DNA of 64,000 nucleotides, taken from the NCBI GenBank assembly GCA_035084275.1, contig CM068755.1:12276001-12340000 (forward strand), given 5' to 3'. Positions 60,826-64,000 of the stretch are shown here, one piece after another. The position numbers and the translations under genes were made by a program. Every line of letters begins with the position of its first letter. Position 1 is the first letter of the stretch. This DNA is from Hydrolagus colliei. Its lineage: Eukaryota. The notes under the pieces are model-generated. The model was not told where the DNA came from. It did no database searches and worked only from the letters and a program-made list of their open reading frames with translations.

Positions 60826-62369
60826 GTTTTGATTTTTAACATCTGTTACATATAACTGAGCTATAACTTCCTGATCTATAATAACACCTTACATCTCTCT
60901 GAACCTCAGGATTATACTTTAGGATAACATAAAAGACAGCAAAAGGCTCGTACTTTTACTAGCAGTGTGATGTTCTTTCTTTACTGTACGTTTATTTGGT
61001 TTTATGGATACCTAAATACATTTTATTGCCCAGGCCAGTTTATTTTAGTTTCTGGTTGATACATAAAACCTGCTTTGCGTGTGTGCTCAATAGGTGGTGG
61101 GGGCTTTTGAAGAAGCTTTTAAATACAATTTTGCTGACATTAGGAATGTACTACTGATCTGATCAGAAGCTTGTTTCCACTCACTGGAACATAAAATCTT
61201 CATGCAATTGAGATTTAAAAGCATAATATTTTCTGGAAACTCTCTGCTTTTTGAGTGATGAGTAAATATGTCTCATGCTGTTGAGTTGTGTTGAATAATT
61301 TAATAATTAGAACAATCACTGTCAGCTGGAAAATTCCCTAAAAGCTATTAGATAAACACAAAGCGTATTTATTGTCCCCGCGGGCATGTCACAGACATCT
61401 TTAGGTTAACAGACTAAAGCAGTGGGAAGTTCTCTGTCAGGTGCAGGTAAACACAGGTGTTCTGTACTGTTTTGCTCATGTATGTATTGAGGCTCCTAAT
61501 CTGTTCACTCCTCCATTTTACGCTGTGGCAAATCTGGTACAGCTGCACGTTTTTTTATTCTTTAAGGCTCCAGGTAATCAGAGCGAAGAAACTATGAAAT
61601 TATACTTTCCGTCTTCATTCCAGCAGTAGTTTGCTTTGGCCAGCTGTGTTTTACAACAACTTGCATTTTTGTAATGCCTTTCACAAGGGGTAGAGTCTTG
61701 GAGCATTTTACGGAGAGACATGCAGATAATGGGGTGCAAACATACTTGGGTTCTGCTCTTTTTGAGCATCTGAAATATGTTTTCCTTTGAGTGCTAGACT
61801 TGTAAACGGACCTAATTTTCATGAATTCCAAAGTAACTCAGATGTATGAGGCAGATAATAAGATATATGTACTGACAGTACAGACAAAGCCTTTTTGTAA
61901 ATGAGTTCAATAAGTTACTGTAAGAAAAGCAATTGCATCAATAAATAAAAGCCTGCAGCACAACCATGCACATCTTTCATCATGGAGCAATAATATTGGA
62001 ATTCCATTGACAAATCCATATCTATTGGTTTCTTGCACTAAACAATAATTTGACTTTTCTACCTGTTTGTATGTGAAGAAATTACAATGCAAAGTATCTC
62101 TCTCTATATTAGAGCCATAAGCAACATCGCCTACAGTACAGGAGAAATCATTATTAATATTGTTGCACAGCACAATTGTGAAGATCCACTGTTTCATGTC
62201 AAGCAAATGCCCTGACTGACTCAATACTCGGTTGATGTCATTATAGAGCATTATCGGTGAGCACCTGAGCAAGGACTCAGCAGGTAGTGCCATCCTTTTC
62301 ATTCCTACAACCAAAGCTATATAGAGGTGGAGAGGTAAAAATGAATAAGATTAAACTGATCGCTCTTTC

Positions 62370-62432
62370 CGAGAACCAAACTAGCCTGGGTACCATCGGC
62401 TGAATGGCCTCCTTCTGTACTATAAAGGTTCT
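62370..62432 (+). mobile_element. CR1 3' tail
   Basis: GGCTGAATGGCCTCCTTCTGTACTATAA..TTCTA, a typical CR1 terminal hairpin/tail. Confidence 0.65.
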
Positions 62433-64000
62433 AAATAACTTGCAATTACCCATATGAGGCATTTGAAATGGATGTGGTCGAGGATGGTAGGGGAGAGAAA
62501 AACAAATTAGAGTTAAAAAGTGAACATGATGACCTTATTGATGATCGTAGATTGGAGAGTCCTTTTCACAGATTGGGAGAGTCCCATAAGTGCAGAATAC
62601 AAATGGGAACCAGGTCATATACATGTGTAGAAATTGGAGAGGTTCCAGAATTACTCAGGCATCACGTTTGCTAAGGAGAATTAGTTTGCTTTGGCTATTA
62701 TCGTAATCTGGTAATCCAAATGTTTTGATTTTCCTTGAGAAAACTGCGAACACGATATTTCAAATGTAATCCCATTACCATATTACATAAAGTTAAAATA
62801 ACATTTGTGGAATGGAACTCCATCTTCATGGGTCCATGGACCAGCTCACTAGTCCTCTCACACTCCTGAGATAATTTAAATTATTTTTACTATTTAGCTA
62901 ATGATCTTTAATTTTTTTTGAATATGAAAATTACTCTGGCCTCCTCAAATCATATGGGCTCAATTTCTGGTTTTATTTATGTGATTACTGTGTGGTTTAC
63001 AAAGCAGCAAGTCAGTACACATCAGAAAACTTACAACTGTTTTCAACTCAAGTCTTACTCTCCTGAGACTTAATGAACAGCATTATCAAAAACAAGTCTT
63101 TTAACTGATATTTCGGTTGAATTGGCAGTTTGGCCAAAACAACGAGATTTAGCTAAAGTCATGTGACAGAAAGAAAGTGAATTTATTATCTCTTCCCCTC
63201 CACTCCAACCCCCAAAATGCCTTTTTCTTTCTTTGTGTGTGATCTTGTTTTTGATTAAAGCTGTTTTATGTTTTGCTAAAATGTACTTTACTTGGTTAAT
63301 GTGCTGGAAACCCAACTTGTTGATTAACTGTTAGAAAAGAGATATCAGTTTTTAAATTAAAGGGAATGAGCGTGTAACTTGGGTCATCTGATTTCTTCTA
63401 ATTACTACCCCCAGGTATTGTGTAAAAATAAGTATTAAAAATTAAAGCGTATTTGCCTGCCGAGAGTCTCTCAATGTTACCTCAGTCTTGACCTCTACAG
63501 GATATTATTCATGCCACAAATGACACCAGTGGGGTGAACATCTATCAATATCTTAATCAGCAGTCTTGAATCCTCAAGTCTCATTGCTGAAGAGACAGAC
63601 GACTGTTCTTATTGCAGTTTTGTATCATTCCAGCCACTCTAATTAGAAACAGTTCAGGTGCTCCTGTCACAATGATGACAAGTTCAAATGGGCTGTGAAT
63701 GTATAAAAGCAACATAAGGTTTGCATCCCTCCAAGCATATGGGATGAGGCTGTTTGTTGCTCTTCCATGTGAAATCCTTATTGAAAGCTTGAACAGCCTA
63801 TGAATTTTAAAATAAAATTTTAGAACCCGTCTCAGCCTGCAATGGCTGGAATTTTAATGCACAACAAACAGCGATTAAAATTTGACAATCAACTTTCAAG
63901 CTGTTTTACTGAGTGACAGAGACGAGCCAGCAATATACTTGGAAGATAAAATCGAATCAAACCGAACCATTTTTTTTCCTTCAGAGAGAGGGAAATGGTC

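Noticed and set aside
1-64000. The 60-135 aa ORFs of the six-frame track as genes or an operon-like system
   Set aside because: They are short, overlap on both strands, are Cys/Phe/Leu/Ile-rich as expected from AT-rich random sequence, and many use non-ATG starts. Only the transposon-derived peptides resemble real proteins.
1-64000. CRISPR array, or retron/DGR-like RT system
   Set aside because: There are no regularly spaced direct repeats. The RT motifs at 33790 and 60672 are frameshifted L2/CR1 LINE relics in vertebrate DNA.

Overview
This window is not prokaryotic. It is AT-rich, CpG-depleted, non-coding vertebrate DNA (a long intron or gene desert), most likely from a cartilaginous fish of the elephant-shark/chimaera type. 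That assignment is an inference from the repeat content: tRNA-headed Deu-domain SINEs with L2-derived tails, LF-SINE-like elements, and CR1, L2 and RTE LINE remnants. I find no credible host protein-coding gene, tRNA, rRNA, known miRNA or CRISPR array. The only ORF-track peptides that read as real protein are decayed retroelement RT fragments and a short pogo-type transposase fragment inside a 339-bp TA-flanked DNA transposon (32240-32578). Between the repeats lie many unique, CpG-retaining blocks dense in transcription-factor motifs, which look like enhancers or conserved non-coding elements. The most interesting sequence-level signal is an excess of TACAGTA/TACTGTA heptamers, often stacked and sometimes visibly inserted into SINE copies, which match Tc1/mariner/pogo excision footprints. 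There is also a perfect 24-bp hairpin, a locally templated inverted insertion and two inverted SINE pairs. I see no evidence of a new multi-gene system. Repeat family names come from recalled consensus motifs, boundaries are approximate, and both need RepeatMasker/Dfam confirmation.
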